NCBI RefSeq assembly: GCF_001194135.2
Contig: NC_068992.1
Location: forward strand, 9,433,103 to 9,468,127
From: Octopus bimaculoides
Lineage: Eukaryota
Reading direction: 5' to 3'
DNA: 35,025 nucleotides
Below are positions 1-12,370 of the stretch, one piece after another (the stretch's first letter is position 1; every line of letters begins with the position of its first letter). Position numbers and translations under genes: made by a program. The notes under the pieces are model-generated. The model was given only the letters and a program-made list of their open reading frames with translations. It had not been told where the DNA came from and did not search any database.

Positions 1-17
1 TATATATATATATATAT

Positions 18-190
18 GGGAGAATGTACCAAAAAAAACAACAACAGACGAGGACAGGTGGTGTAAACAACAAAAGGATGTATTAGTTTGACGCTCGGGA
101 ATACAGAAAGTCTTTAACGTTTCGAGCTACGCTCTTCAACAGAAAGAATACGGAGAAAACAAGGAGAAAAACACGGAGAAAAAAAATTGA
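18..190 (-). mobile_element. Penelope-like element (PLE) terminal/pLTR-type short repeat abutting (TA)n
   Basis: Starts at a (TA)n tract, carries an HHR-like motif (111-147) and shares the gacgctcg...acgtttcgagc..gctc signature with 7890-8020. The PLE assignment is inferred from the known association of minimal HHRs with PLE pLTRs. Confidence 0.5.
111..147 (-). ncRNA. Minimal type I hammerhead ribozyme-like motif, one core substitution
   Basis: Minus strand reads UCUUU-CUGUUGA-A-GAGC(GUA)GCUC-GAAAC-GUU-AAAGA: 5-bp stem I, 4-bp stem II, palindromic AACGUU stem III. Core A6 is replaced by U. Confidence 0.6.
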
Positions 191-217
191 ATGGTGTTTG
201 GTCAGGGATCTCCAGTC

Positions 218-334
218 ACCAGGTTTTGCTCGGCCTGAGTCTAAAGCAGAAGACACTTGCCCAAGGTGTCATGCAGTGGGGCTGAATTCGAAACCATGTG
301 GTCGGGGAGCAAGCTTCTTATCACACAGCCATGC
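218..334 (-). mobile_element. tRNA-derived SINE (family B: ggctgtgtg...aagaagcttgct...caccttgggcaagtgtctt)
   Basis: Reverse complement matches the copies at 22423, 26847 and 33634; tRNA-like head followed by a ccttgggcaagtgtctt block. Confidence 0.75.
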
Positions 335-619
335 AACTGGATCTCTGTCGTTAAACGACAAGGATTAAATTGTAAATCAGTTGATCAACTTATTTACCAG
401 CTGAATTGAATTGAGCTTCAATAGAATGCATAAAATGAATGGTATTATAGTTTCACTGCATCCACAATAGTATACATAACTGGTAGGCATTTCATTGGGC
501 AACGTACAGTAATGGACTAATCCGTGTCTATCGTTGTATCAACACCAAACCTAACAACACCACTCCGTCATTGCTAATCCTCAAACGTTTTGAACCACTG
601 TGAAGGTTTAAAGTAGTAC

Positions 620-1007
620 ATAATGTACACAAACACACACACACACACACACACGCATACATACATATGTGTGTGTGTGTGTGTGTGTGTGTTCATATGT
701 TTAATATGTAACATGTAGTAGGTGCTACATACAATATCTTTATCTAGAAGATTCCACCATGTTACCATTCTCATACTTTATCTCAAATATTTTAGAATAT
801 ATTGATCACAATCTTTTAAAATCTCATCCCACTTCTGTTCTTCCACAAATGCAAATGCTTTATATCTTCGAATGACATACATGCATGCATACATACATAG
901 GCACATACAAACGCACATACATACGTACATACATACATACTGAGATACATACATAAATATACACATACACACATATATGTACGCATGTATATATATATAT
1001 ATATATA
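620..1007. repeat. Compound (CA)n/(TG)n/(CATA)n/(TA)n microsatellites
   Basis: Direct inspection. Confidence 0.95.
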
Positions 1008-1548
1008 NNNNNNNNNNNNNNNNNNNNNNNNNNNNNNNNNNNNNNNNNNNNNNNNNNNNNNNNNNNNNNNNNNNNNNNNNNNNNNNNNNNNNNNNNNNNN
1101 NNNNNNNNNNNNNNNNNNNNNNNNNNNNNNNNNNNNNNNNNNNNNNNNNNNNNNNNNNNNNNNNNNNNNNNNNNNNNNNNNNNNNNNNNNNNNNNNNNNN
1201 NNNNNNNNNNNNNNNNNNNNNNNNNNNNNNNNNNNNNNNNNNNNNNNNNNNNNNNNNNNNNNNNNNNNNNNNNNNNNNNNNNNNNNNNNNNNNNNNNNNN
1301 NNNNNNNNNNNNNNNNNNNNNNNNNNNNNNNNNNNNNNNNNNNNNNNNNNNNNNNNNNNNNNNNNNNNNNNNNNNNNNNNNNNNNNNNNNNNNNNNNNNN
1401 NNNNNNNNNNNNNNNNNNNNNNNNNNNNNNNNNNNNNNNNNNNNNNNNNNNNNNNNNNNNNNNNNNNNNNNNNNNNNNNNNNNNNNNNNNNNNNNNNNNN
1501 NNNNNNNNNNNNNNNNNNNNNNNNNNNNNNNNNNNNNNNNNNNNNNNN
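1008..1548. other. Assembly gap (N run); other gaps at 7575-7793, 15615-16154, 17606-17744, 20271-20550, 23243-23293, 26762-26825, 30363-30372
   Basis: N runs, each bordered by (TA)n or (CA)n/(TG)n tracts. Confidence 0.99.
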
Positions 1549-2159
1549 TATATATATATATATGCTTATATATTCTTGCTTGTATATTTGCGTTCTTCTT
1601 TGTTAGTATGAAATTATATAGACCTACATGGAATTCACATGTATGTGTGTGTCTATGTGTCTATGAATGTGTGTGTGTGTGTGTGTATGAATGTGATTAA
1701 GTATGCATATATACACGAATACACGCCAAGCCAACTTCTATATTTAGATGAACTAAATGAGAGAGTTTATTCCTTTTCTCCATATATATTTTTTTGTTTC
1801 ACCGTCTAATCTAACAGCAAAATCTCGAACGCCATTCTCTTAATGCCCATATTTTTTTTGTTATTTGTATTCTTCCTTCAACTCTACCTTAGTTCATTTC
1901 TTCAGTTCTTCAATTCTTTCATTCCTACCATAAATCTATTTCCACTTCAATGTTGTGGCCTTTTCTCACTTCTTAGATCTCCATATACGAAACTATTGTT
2001 GGTCATTTATTCTTCAAACGTGTAAATCATTCGGATTAAAGATATGTGCACCCCCTACTCCACCACCACCACCACCGTCCGTTCGACTCCTTTCACTTGT
2101 AAGTACGACATCAAAAGTAGAGCTCACGTTGAATAAAGAAAGGGAAACATCGAAATACA

Positions 2160-2311
2160 AGGTAACACACACACACACGCTCACACATACACATATGCAC
2201 GCACGCACGCACGCACGCACGCACACACACAGACACACACGTATAAAATCCAAGACAAAAATAAATGAAATAAACAAATGAAAATGCAGAAATACGCACA
2301 TTACACGCACA

Positions 2312-2362
<51 letters not shown>

Positions 2363-2457
2363 GTGTGTGAGCAGAATACATATATACATATACATGTATA
2401 TAACTATATATAAACATGCATAGACTCATCGTACATAATATAATATAATATGATATA

Positions 2458-2529
<72 letters not shown>

Positions 2530-2675
2530 CACTCATACATATACATTTATATATATGCATCATGTAATATAACAAAAGAATATAATATAATATGTGTACA
2601 TTTATACTCTCATACACGAATATATACCCTCATGTAATAATGTATTGCAATATTACACACGCGTACACACGCGCC

Positions 2676-2728
<53 letters not shown>

Positions 2729-2730
2729 TT
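2160..2730. repeat. (CA)n/(CACG)n/(TA)n/(TG)n microsatellite cluster
   Basis: Direct inspection. Confidence 0.95.
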
Positions 2731-2820
2731 TCAGTAGAATGGTAAAGAATAAAATAATATTGAAGAAGCAAACGTGAAACAGTACAGCAAAGAAAACTTC
2801 AAAGAGAAAAGAACAGCAAA

Positions 2821-2828
2821 GATGATGG

Positions 2829-2864
<36 letters not shown>

Positions 2865-2875
2865 GGACGATGATT
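2821..2875. repeat. (GAT)n microsatellite
   Basis: Direct inspection. Confidence 0.95.
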
Positions 2876-2925
2876 CTCTGTGAATGTAGAACAAGGTCAC
2901 CAATTTTGAGGGAACGATAGAAGTT

Positions 2926-3297
2926 GATTACGTCGACCCCAGTATTCTACTGATATTTATTTTATCGAACTCTGAAAGGATGAAAGGCAAAGTCAACCTG
3001 GGTACATTTAAACCCCAATTGTAAAGCCGGAAGAAATGCCGTTAAATATTTCGTCCGGTGTGATAACTCTTCTGATAACTCGCCATCTTAATAATAATCC
3101 TTTCTGCTATGGGTTCGAGGCCTGAAATTTCGTCGGAAAGGGGTCAGTCGATTTGATCAATGCTTGTGCTCAACTGGATCTTATTTCATCGACTCCGAAA
3201 GGAAGAAAGGTGAATTCGAACTCAGAACATAAAGATAGATAAAACGCTGCTAAACATTTTGTCCGGTGAACTAACGATTCTGCCAGCTCACCGGCTT
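2926..3297 (-). mobile_element. Two head-to-tail tRNA-derived SINEs (family A), about 2926-3088 and 3101-3297
   Basis: Both carry the family motif ttt(a/c)atcga.....gaaagga.gaaagg and end in a ctgccagctc.ccg-like head on the + strand; (AAT)n spacer. Confidence 0.8.
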
Positions 3298-3439
3298 CGC
3301 CGCGTTCATATTATATTAGATGATAATAATGATGATAATGACGATGATGATGCTTCATTTTATTTGTTAGAAGTGCGGTGGAAAAGATGGGGTTCACAAG
3401 GACAGGTATACAGAATAAAAAAGCGTACTTAAAGGAAAT

Positions 3440-4420
3440 TGTATCGAAGGGAAAGTATACACTGCTGCATAATGGTCCTTGAATAGAACTGTCCCCTAAG
3501 GACTTTTAATGAGCCATACAGCACCGGGACCGCTCTGGTTACTCAAGGATAGCTCCCTCTAAAATTATCCCTGTCCCCCCGGGTCAAAAGTTTCCGGAAA
3601 GAGAGACTAGTCACGTGTATTCATGTGCAGACACGAATCTCTCGTACCCCAGTCTGAGACATGAAGTGGAAATTGTCGTGAATACATTTATCTGGGATCA
3701 CACATGTTCGTGCTTTTCTGACCACGCTATCCATGACCAACACAAACCACTTTGCTCACACTTTGACCAAAATCTTTAACGCTTTATTCAGCACAGTCAT
3801 TGTCCAGAAATTACAGTCCGTTTTGCTCGCATCTTTCTTCACGAGACTGAAGAATTTCTCCTGTTTCCGTCCGTAGTTGACGTCACAAGATATGTGTAGA
3901 AAGTCTGTCTCCTAGACCATCCAAAACAGATGATTCGCTTCTCGACGAACAGCTTCAATCCAAGTGTATTTTAAATACTTACATTATCACTGCACTTAAC
4001 GACCATTAGCGAGATTTTCTGCAAACTAGTTTCAGAAGGCTGCCACTGGGAAGTACCGAAAATTCGTCTCGAACGGACATACATCCAGATACAACTCTCC
4101 GTCCAAACCCTTTCTTTCCATCGTACAACTGAAGAAGAGAAAAGACAGAAATATGGGTCTGGCAGCATTAAATACTGGACAGGTTTCAACACAATAAACC
4201 TTCTGCGCATGACGGAGAACAAAAAAACAAAGATGTGTGCTGATTGCTCGAACGTGCCTGGTGTAGCTTCCCAGCGGTTAGTTGCACCAAATCACGGGAA
4301 AATGATTATGAAAGGGAGAAAAGAAGACCCTTCATAAGTTTGATTATTTATTGAGACAGCTCTGTATACCATTTCCGATCACAAGACCCTCAAGAATATA
4401 TTGACATCGAGAATGTTCTG
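3440..4420 (-). pseudogene. Decayed L1/Tx1-clade LINE ORF2 fragment (N-terminal part of the RT domain)
   Basis: Minus strand 3860-3660 translates to SLVKKDASKTDCNFWTMTVLNKALKILVKV*AKWFVLVMDSVVRKARTCVIPDKCIHDNFHFM, a degenerate version of the L1/Tx1 K..RPITLLN..LKILAKVLA.RL...QTC.IP.R.IHDNLHL motif. A GLDGELY (GLDGLPYELY-like) remnant lies near 4100. In-frame stops. Outer limits approximate. Confidence 0.8.
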
Positions 4421-4454
4421 ATACTCGACAGCGATTCAAGCAGAACGAATCAGC

Positions 4455-4810
4455 TGCTGCAGTTGCTGCTGCTGCGCCACTACTGTTGCTCCCAATGCTT
4501 CCCTTGCACCTATCACTGCTCCTGCACCTGCAACTGCTGCCGTTGCTGCTGCAGACATTGTTACTTTCATCATTACTACTTAGTCATTGTTGTTGCTACA
4601 GTTGATGCGATTACTTTTATTGATGTTGCTTCTGCTGTCGTTGCTAGCGCTACTGTTTTAACACTCGTTCTGCTCTTCTCAGACAATTACTGCTCATGGT
4701 GGTGGTGGTGGTGGTGGTGCTGCTGCTGTTGGTTGTGGTGTTTCTGTCGTTGTTATTTTTGTTGTTGCCGCTGTTGGTGATGGTGGCGCCCTTGTTGCTA
4801 CCTACAACGA
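4455..4810. repeat. Degenerate (GCT)n/(GTT)n/(GGT)n low-complexity tract
   Basis: Direct inspection. Confidence 0.85.
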
Positions 4811-4899
4811 CCCCGACATGTCGCATCCGCAAGTGCTGTCTTATCACTCACGTCATAAGGGACACAGCTAAGAGAACCCTAATAGTTACTAACGTAGAT

Positions 4900-5085
4900 T
4901 CAGACCCACAAATGTGGCAGAAGGGGCTAATCAAATAAATCGACTCAGTACTTGACTGGTATCAGATTTTATCGAGGTCCGGGAGGTTGAAAGGAAAAGT
5001 TAACATCGGTAGGATTTGAACTCAGAATATAAATAGCTGGAATAAGGCATTTTCATTCGACACCTCAACGATTCTGTTAATGCAC
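4900..5085 (-). mobile_element. SINE family A, diverged
   Basis: ttttatcgaggtccgggaggttgaaaggaaaagtt...gatttgaactcagaa...aacgattctg matches the other family A copies. Confidence 0.75.
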
Positions 5086-5299
5086 AGTCCTGAAGTATGA
5101 GTTGCTAAAAGGGAAACAGATGAGGGAGGGGGAATGACTTGACAAATGTCTGTAATTCATAGAACCGGACAATATTTATTGGAAATAATCGATGAAATAA
5201 TAACGAACAAACTAAAGTAAAAATCAAAATCAAAAACAAAGAACGAAAACGAAAGAAGACAAAGAATATTGATGGTTATCCGCATATGGAATGCATTGA

Positions 5300-6500
5300 C
5301 TTAATTTTCTGAATTTTATTCCTCTTTGTTTCATAAAGTTATGTATGGCGAACATTGCACTATTAGCGACACTGGCCTCCACGCATAAACATTTCAACGG
5401 AATACAAATCAAAGCACCAAGAGACACATTAAGCTTAAAAGCACATCAAGACAAACAAAAACTGTATCGTTGAACACAAGTTCAATAGGGGAATGCGTAC
5501 TTTGATGGTGATTCATAAATAATACGAACAAATAGAGCGTGCAAATGTTGCATCGTCAGAAAAGAATAAACTGGTTCCTAATAAAATTGATGATAATCTC
5601 AACAGAGGCTTGGTATTTATATCGCAAAATTCACAAATGAACTAAAAGTCTCGTGGGAGAATATGTTCCTATGCAAGATATATATTTTACAGTTACATCC
5701 AACATTCAACATTTATTTTTTTCAAAAACTTATCTCCCAAAAATATGCATGTGTAATATCTGGAGGGAAAATATTCATTATTAGAAGTAAATTTGGGTCT
5801 CAACAGACTTGCTAATTTAAGAAGATACTTAATTAACATCTTAAAGATATCAAACGTAGAAATAGAATTGTTTAAGGAATGAATATATCATGAAATTACA
5901 AACAAGCAAAAATACAAATTACAAGAAAAAAGAGTTAGCGCTAAATAAAAAAAGTCTCAACGAAATCAAACCTAAGCAAACCTATATAATATCGATCAAC
6001 GAAAACTGAACCAGAAACACATCAACAAAAAAATGCGAAATATATTTCAAATTGGGAAAGATCTTAGCGTAGAAAAAGATAGATCTAAGGCTGGGGAAGA
6101 TGAAAATAGCTTAGGAACTAAAATCGATAGAATATATTTCTAAACAACCAATAAAATACTCTCCCTTAGTGTGAAATTTAATGATAAAATAGCGACAAAT
6201 GTAAGAATGAAACGCAAACTGAGCCATTAGAGACACACTAGAAAATGGATGTGAATATCTAGATCACAAGGTTAAGTCAACTAATATAGGTAATAGCTGG
6301 CCATACTCTTGCTGTCTGGCAATAAACTGAGTATTAACAGGAATCTCAACGCAAGTGATAATACTCAGTTAATGAAAAATAAAGAAGGAAACCTTATTTC
6401 TGGAAAGGAGACCGGAAACGATCAAACAAAACATTTTGGTTAGAAGAAGGATTTCGAGATTCTTTCTCGCTTATAGATTCGAGAAACATGAATAAAATAG
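5300..6500 (+). mobile_element. Possible ancient A-rich LINE relic
   Basis: A-rich + strand with many stops and faint peptide echoes (SKAGED near 6085, NKILSL near 6150, LMKNKEGNLISG near 6370). Motif order is not collinear with a typical ORF2. Confidence 0.25.
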
Positions 6501-6706
6501 TACCAAATATGGCTTAAGGAAATGAAAGACAGTTGTTAGGATCCCGACAAAAGAAAGATTTAAGACGAAACCAATAACTGTCAGACGAAGAATATTCCAT
6601 GATGTTGTCCTTCTCTCCTTTCGTCTTTTGTTTGGTGCTAATATCTTTCAGCATTAAACTGGATGTGGTTACAAATGCAATAACGAGAGAGTCAAAATGA
6701 ACTGTG

Positions 6707-6773
<67 letters not shown>

Positions 6774-7309
6774 TATATATATACACAACCACAGCAGTGA
6801 TGAAACATTGATGTCTGTAGCTCCGAGAAAGAGACCTGATGTAGATTGTCTCGCTTGTCTATGATTTACTTTCAGATGGTGTTTTTAACACCAGGTGCAT
6901 TGAAAATATACTCTCATATGCCAAAAAAAACACTGCCAACCCACGAACTAACAACACACACACACACACACATACACACGCACACACATATATTATATAT
7001 ATGTATGTGTGTGTGTGTGTATGTGCGTAACAAACTGCCTAGAGATGGCACACCAATCAGTATCCTGTTGTATACGATCCACGTATTCGGTTTTTTAATG
7101 CTGTTTGGTTCAAAGAAATAGGAAAAGGGTATCTGGAAAAGAAAACAAAATTATGGCAGTAATGTCTGATTGGATAAAGAAAGAGAAATAAGACCAAAAA
7201 GTTGCAAAGTGTTGGAATCAAAGGATATGAACGCGGATAAATGAGAGGAAATCAAAGATAAGATTTTGAGGGAAGATTTTTAGATACCTTAGAGTAACAC
7301 TTAATATCT

Positions 7310-7375
7310 TTTCTTTTATCTTTTACTGGTTTCGGCCAAAGGCTGAGACCATGCTGGAGCACCGCCTTTCAGTGT
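7310..7375 (-). mobile_element. SINE/LINE 3' tail fragment (ttttact.gtttc.g.ca...ccatgctggagcaccgcc family)
   Basis: Matches 17195-17280, 31742-31800 and, in opposite orientation, 26975-27035. Confidence 0.65.
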
Positions 7376-7451
7376 GTTTGGGTCTCCTTTTTGTAATATC
7401 GAACTAAATCGATATGCACATACATACAAACATATATGCATATATACACAA

Positions 7452-7502
<51 letters not shown>

Positions 7503-7889
7503 TAATGAGGGTGGTTTGTTAGCAATTTTTCAACCGAAAGGCAAAAATATATACGCCACTAAAGCGTGTGTATANNNNNNNNNNNNNNNNNNNNNNNNNN
7601 NNNNNNNNNNNNNNNNNNNNNNNNNNNNNNNNNNNNNNNNNNNNNNNNNNNNNNNNNNNNNNNNNNNNNNNNNNNNNNNNNNNNNNNNNNNNNNNNNNNN
7701 NNNNNNNNNNNNNNNNNNNNNNNNNNNNNNNNNNNNNNNNNNNNNNNNNNNNNNNNNNNNNNNNNNNNNNNNNNNNNNNNNNNNNNNNNNNNNATATATA
7801 TATATATATATATACGTATATACATACATGCCTACACACACATACACACAGAGTCAATTTTAAAAACTGAGAAAAAAAAAGAAAAAGAA

Positions 7890-8020
7890 ATAACCAAACA
7901 AACGTGACGACGTAGTACAAGCAATGAATTAATATGACGCTCGAAGAAAGATCAGAGTTGTTGTTTTACGTTTCGAGCATAGCTCATTGTCGGAAACAGG
8001 AAAAACAGGTAAGTCCAAAG
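7890..8020 (-). mobile_element. PLE terminal-type short repeat related to 18-190
   Basis: gacgctcga...tacgtttcgagcatagctc signature containing a degenerate HHR. Confidence 0.45.
7962..7998 (-). ncRNA. Degenerate minimal type I hammerhead motif
   Basis: Minus strand UGUUU-CCGACAA-U-GAGC(UAU)GCUC-GAAAC-GUA-AAACA. Stems I and II are intact; core U4>C and G8>A. Confidence 0.5.
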
Positions 8021-8444
8021 AGAACTTCCACCAAAACAGAACTTCCACCAACTTATACTCTTTCTCTTTTTTGAGTTATCAAACGACATCCAACACACAC
8101 TGCGGCCACTTTTCTACCTACAAAGAAAATAGTTTTTACACCCTACGCTTCTTTTGTTTTATCTATGCGATGACTGCTTCTCAGCAAATTATATTTGGAG
8201 GATACTATCATCCTAGAACTATTTATATAAGGCTTCCATCTCATATGAGCAGTCGTTTTATATCTGTACTAAAACAAGCCAAGGTGCATGTGACTCTAGA
8301 AAATAATCATCTGCATTTCTTGATGTTACTGTTGTTTTGCTTATTGAAGTTACTGATTGTTCCTTATTCTTCTGTATTCTTCTTGTTTCTGTCGTTTCCA
8401 ATAAAAATGCTACATTTTCTGTTCTATTTTTGTCGTTGATGACG

Positions 8445-8471
8445 ATGACGACGACGATGAAGATTTTGACA

Positions 8472-8527
<56 letters not shown>

Positions 8528-8620
8528 AATGATGATGATGACGATGATGATAATGATGACGATGATAACAATGATGACGACATGGACGACGACGACAACG
8601 ATGATGATGATGATTATGAT
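8445..8620. repeat. (GAT)n/(GAC)n microsatellite
   Basis: Direct inspection. Confidence 0.95.
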
Positions 8621-8888
8621 AATAAGGCCACTTGCTTTTTCTTTACTGACATTCTCAATATTTTAGCTGTTGGCCTTGTTCAATATTGACATTTTTATCT
8701 TTTCAACCTTCCTTTCTTTACAGATTTTTCCATATTATTTTTTTGTTTGTTTTCAATGTTATCACTGCTTTTGATGTTGTTTGTGCTTTTGTTGTTGTTT
8801 GTGCTTATGTTGTTGGTTTAGTTGTTGTTGTTATTGTTGTTTTTGCCGTTTATTCTGGTATCGTTTCCATGCATCACTTCTGTGATAC

Positions 8889-8995
8889 ATGAAATACACA
8901 TTGTTGATACTGTCAGAGTTGACACCAGCACATTTGTCATATTTCTCTGGAAAAAATCTTCAGAGAAAAATCATATTTTTGCTTTCACAAAAAAG
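8889..8995 (+). CDS. Candidate coding exon (MKYTLLILSELTPAHLSYFSGKNLQRKIIFLLSQK+AG); product unknown
   Basis: Open frame ending at a strong donor AAG|GTAAGA in phase 2, matching the next candidate exon. The 5' boundary is uncertain. Confidence 0.3.
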
Positions 8996-9221
8996 GTAAG
9001 ACAACAAAATTTCAAAGCAGACGACAAATTTCCCGTTACCACAACTACGTCTATCATGGCTGCCTCCCAGTCCTCTTCTTACATCAAACGTTAAACTTGT
9101 TGACAGTTTTAATATCACCGACCGCTACTTACAGACTAGGGAAAAGGGTGTGTGCCACAATAAGTTTATGTTCACAAATTGAGGGTAACACTGATAAATT
9201 TTCAGCTCTCGTTTACTTCAG

Positions 9222-9300
9222 AATCCCTCAAACGATAATAACAAGAGAAAGTCCAACATTTCTCGAGAAATTTAAGAAAGACTGCATAGACATTGAGACG
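9222..9300 (+). CDS. Candidate coding exon (A+IPQTIITRESPTFLEKFKKDCIDIET); product unknown
   Basis: Acceptor ttttcagctctcgtttacttcag|A, donor ACG|GTAACG; 79 nt, phase 2 to 0, open frame. Confidence 0.4.
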
Positions 9301-9344
9301 GTAACGTTATGGATCAGAGTCGCTCAAGGAAAATTTTTAAAATT

Positions 9345-9382
9345 AATAATAATAATAATGATAATAATAATAATAATAATAA

Positions 9383-9445
<63 letters not shown>

Positions 9446-9456
9446 TAACAATAATA
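9345..9456. repeat. (AAT)n microsatellite
   Basis: Direct inspection. Confidence 0.97.
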
Positions 9457-9457
9457 A

Positions 9458-9678
9458 AGGGAAAAACGTAACGATTCTTTGGGAACTATCAAAGCTAATA
9501 AACCGGATATTGTTGTGAAAGATCAAAACAATAAAGTCTGTTTATTGATCGACATGAGCATTCCTTGTGATCATAACATCTCAGCAAAAGAATTTGACAA
9601 GCTCAGAAAATATAAAGATTTGCTCATTGAAATTTTAAAAAGATGTGGCATCTCAAGGCGGTTACAATACTCGAACAG
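9458..9678 (+). pseudogene. R4/Dong-type non-LTR retrotransposon fragment: restriction-like endonuclease (RLE) domain
   Basis: NVTILWE/(frameshift)TIKANKPDIVVKDQNNKVCLLIDMSIPCDHNISAKEFDKLRKYKDLLIEI...MWHLKAVTI shows the (K/R)PD...D...K..KY pattern of RLE retroelements. Confidence 0.85.
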
Positions 9679-9682
9679 GCAA

Positions 9683-10140
9683 AGATTCCCGGTAGCACTG
9701 AAGTGAAAGAATATGCGCTCCAATGCAGTCAGACGGAGATTGGAAAAAAGGCACGATGATCAGGCGATAGTGGATGACGGACGCGATGTCCACGCTAGTC
9801 AGCTCTGCCCGCCCTTTCAAAGATACCTCTCGGCATATTTTCTGGGTGAGGGTAGCCACCTTGCTCGTTATCTCATCTCAGATTTTGTCCATCTAGAGGA
9901 CTGAACCGAACCAGACCTCAAGCAATTTAACCTGTCCGCCCATCCAGCGCCCAGCCCAACAACGCAATTCAATAGCATGGTCTTGCTTGTGCAGGTACCG
10001 ACCCGCAAGTCCACTGACTTTTCCTGGTTAATTTTCGCTCCTTGTACTGCTTCGTACTGCGTGGGAGTAGTGCCGATTATCTCAATGTGTTTACTTTTCG
10101 ACAACACTGCAGTGACACTGTTGACATATGCTGACACGAT
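9683..10140 (-). pseudogene. L1/Tx1-clade RT fragment (YADD region through thumb), decayed
   Basis: VSAYVNSVT (decayed SAYADD), YEAVQGAKINQEKSV and ATLTQK...VSLKGRAE...IASVIHYRLIIVP match Tx1-like ORF2; frameshifted. Confidence 0.85.
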
Positions 10141-10142
10141 AT

Positions 10143-10149
10143 TAATAAT

Positions 10150-10210
<61 letters not shown>

Positions 10211-10265
10211 GTAATAATAATAATAATAATAATAATGACGACGTCAACAATGATGATGATGACGA
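10143..10265. repeat. (AAT)n then (GAT/GAC)n microsatellite
   Basis: Direct inspection. Confidence 0.95.
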
Positions 10266-10684
10266 TGCCATCTAAAACAAGAGATCGTGACTAAACCGAA
10301 AAAATCTGTCGGTTTGAAAAATGACAATGATTCTTTGATCCCAACATTTTGAGTCAAACGATTTCCTTTAGAACTTGATTAAAAATATAATAGAAATCAT
10401 TGCAGTACCAACAGCATGAAGTAGAAAAAATTGGGGATGAGTACGGGCAGGGAAAGAATAACCACAGACAACATTAGTCAAAATATCAGAACAATTTATT
10501 ATGCAAGTTAAGCAGTGTTGTGAACCAAACAGACTTTTAAATCAGCTCAATTATGTTTGTGATATAACTGAACTGTAGAAAGGCCATTTGTACTGTGGTT
10601 AACCATGGAGAAAATACTCGTTTTAGACAAAAGTTGTTAAAACACCATCAGTTGTCTCGGAGCGCCCTCTCACTTGGTAGTACA

Positions 10685-10797
10685 TTTACACGCACACGCA
10701 CGCACACACACACATGCACACACACACACACACACACACATACACACACACGCACACACCCACAGCAGCAGTAGTAGTAGTGGTGGTGGTGGTGATG

Positions 10798-10839
<42 letters not shown>

Positions 10840-10840
10840 A
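10685..10840. repeat. (CA)n followed by (AGT)n/(GGT)n
   Basis: Direct inspection. Confidence 0.95.
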
Positions 10841-11857
10841 AATCAATATAGAGAAAAATGAAGCTCACCATCTCTCTATGAAAAAGACGGTGTAAAACTT
10901 ACCTTTGGTTGAAAACAGCTGGAGTGTACGTAAATAGTGCGCCATTACGAAAAGAAAATTTTAACAGCTAACAAGATGAAGCATAGACACCAAAATCAGA
11001 TGAGCTGGCGAAAATCTGATGCGATGATGAGTTATTATTAGCAAGAAAAGATTTATTGACGGGGAAAAATAATGCTTCATCAGAAGTAAGAGAAAGAAAG
11101 ACAACAAAAAAAATGGACCATTTCAGCAGCAAAAAGAACATAGTCTGATTAATGGCATCAATTAGCTGATCGGAAAACGATTTGCGTCATTATTACAAAA
11201 AGTCATTTTATGTGATTTTGTGTTGAGAGTAAACAAAAATCAAACATTTGGAGTGAAGAATCGAAAGAAATTGCGTATGGAGCTGTCATTAGTAAACATA
11301 AGCTGCTTAACTATAAGAATAAGTCTTTTTAGTTATGGAGGCAACATAAGCTTTACACAAAGGTGTAAAGATTCTAACAGTTCCAAAACGGTCATTCAGA
11401 ATAGCAAAAATAAAAAGACATAAAAGGAAAAGCTAGTGCAAGAATAGGAACAAAGTAACCCGTCAAATTACCCTGCAATGTCGTATGAAAAAGGGCACAC
11501 TGGATAAAGTTGTTCTTGATAAAATCATTTTTGCATCAAAAATGACAGGGAGGTCACGAATAGAATTTCCTTTTTGTTCTTTTAGTTGAGAAGAAATAGC
11601 AGCTCCCACGACCATTTACAGGACCTCCAAGACTAATGGGAGAGAGGGTGAACGAATCCCTTAATTTGAGGACTTGGTTCGAATACTTGCAACAGAATGG
11701 ACATCGCTGAAGACACTGAAGAAGATGCCAAATGGCGGTTTTAAACCGGGTGACCGATTAAGTCGACCAGCCAAGTAGGTTACAGTGGGACTAGAACACA
11801 AAGAGCCGAAAGAAATATCTCAAGGCTTGCAGTCAGATGTTCTTGCATTTGTGCCAA

Positions 11858-12078
11858 TCAACCGTCTTAGACTGGATATTATTTTTATCGATTCTGAAAG
11901 GATGAAAGGTAAATTTGATCTCAGCGAGATTTGATAATAGGAATATATACCGAGAAGCGTTTTTTTTATAACACTCTAACCGCTCCTCTACATCAACGCC
12001 CATGCAATGGGCATTGAACTGGATTTGAACAACAAAAGCAAGAACAAGAATAACAGCAATAACAACAGCAGCTGCAGC

Positions 12079-12112
<34 letters not shown>

Positions 12113-12370
12113 GCAACAACAACAACAACCGCGGCAGCGACAACAATAATAGTTATTTCAAATTTTCGCAAAAAGCCAGCATTTGCGAAGAGGATGGGTA
12201 ACCGATTACATCGGCCACAGAACTCGACTGGGACTTTATTTTATCGTCCCTGAAAGGATGAAAAGCAAAGTTGATCCCAGCGGCATTTGAACTCAGACTG
12301 TAAGGAGCCGGAAGAAATGCCACTCAGCATTTTATCCGACGCTCTAACAATTCTTCCAGCCTGACACCTT
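11858..12370 (-). mobile_element. Two SINE family A copies (about 11858-11995 and 12200-12370) around an (AAC/AGC)n tract
   Basis: tttttatcga/gt..ctgaaaggatgaaa(g/a)g motif in both. Confidence 0.75.

Noticed and set aside
5535-5565. CUGACGA-UGCAA(CAU)UUGCA on the minus strand
   Set aside because: No GAAA after the stem and no stem I or III.
3660-10140. Joining the two L1 fragments into one interrupted element
   Set aside because: On the minus strand the later RT part (10140-9683) precedes the earlier part (3860-3660), so they are not collinear.
10900-10950. Minus-strand MAHYLRTLQLFSTK ending at AAG|GTAAGT, resembling a mitochondrial presequence exon
   Set aside because: No downstream partner exon or promoter evidence found; isolated donor matches are common.
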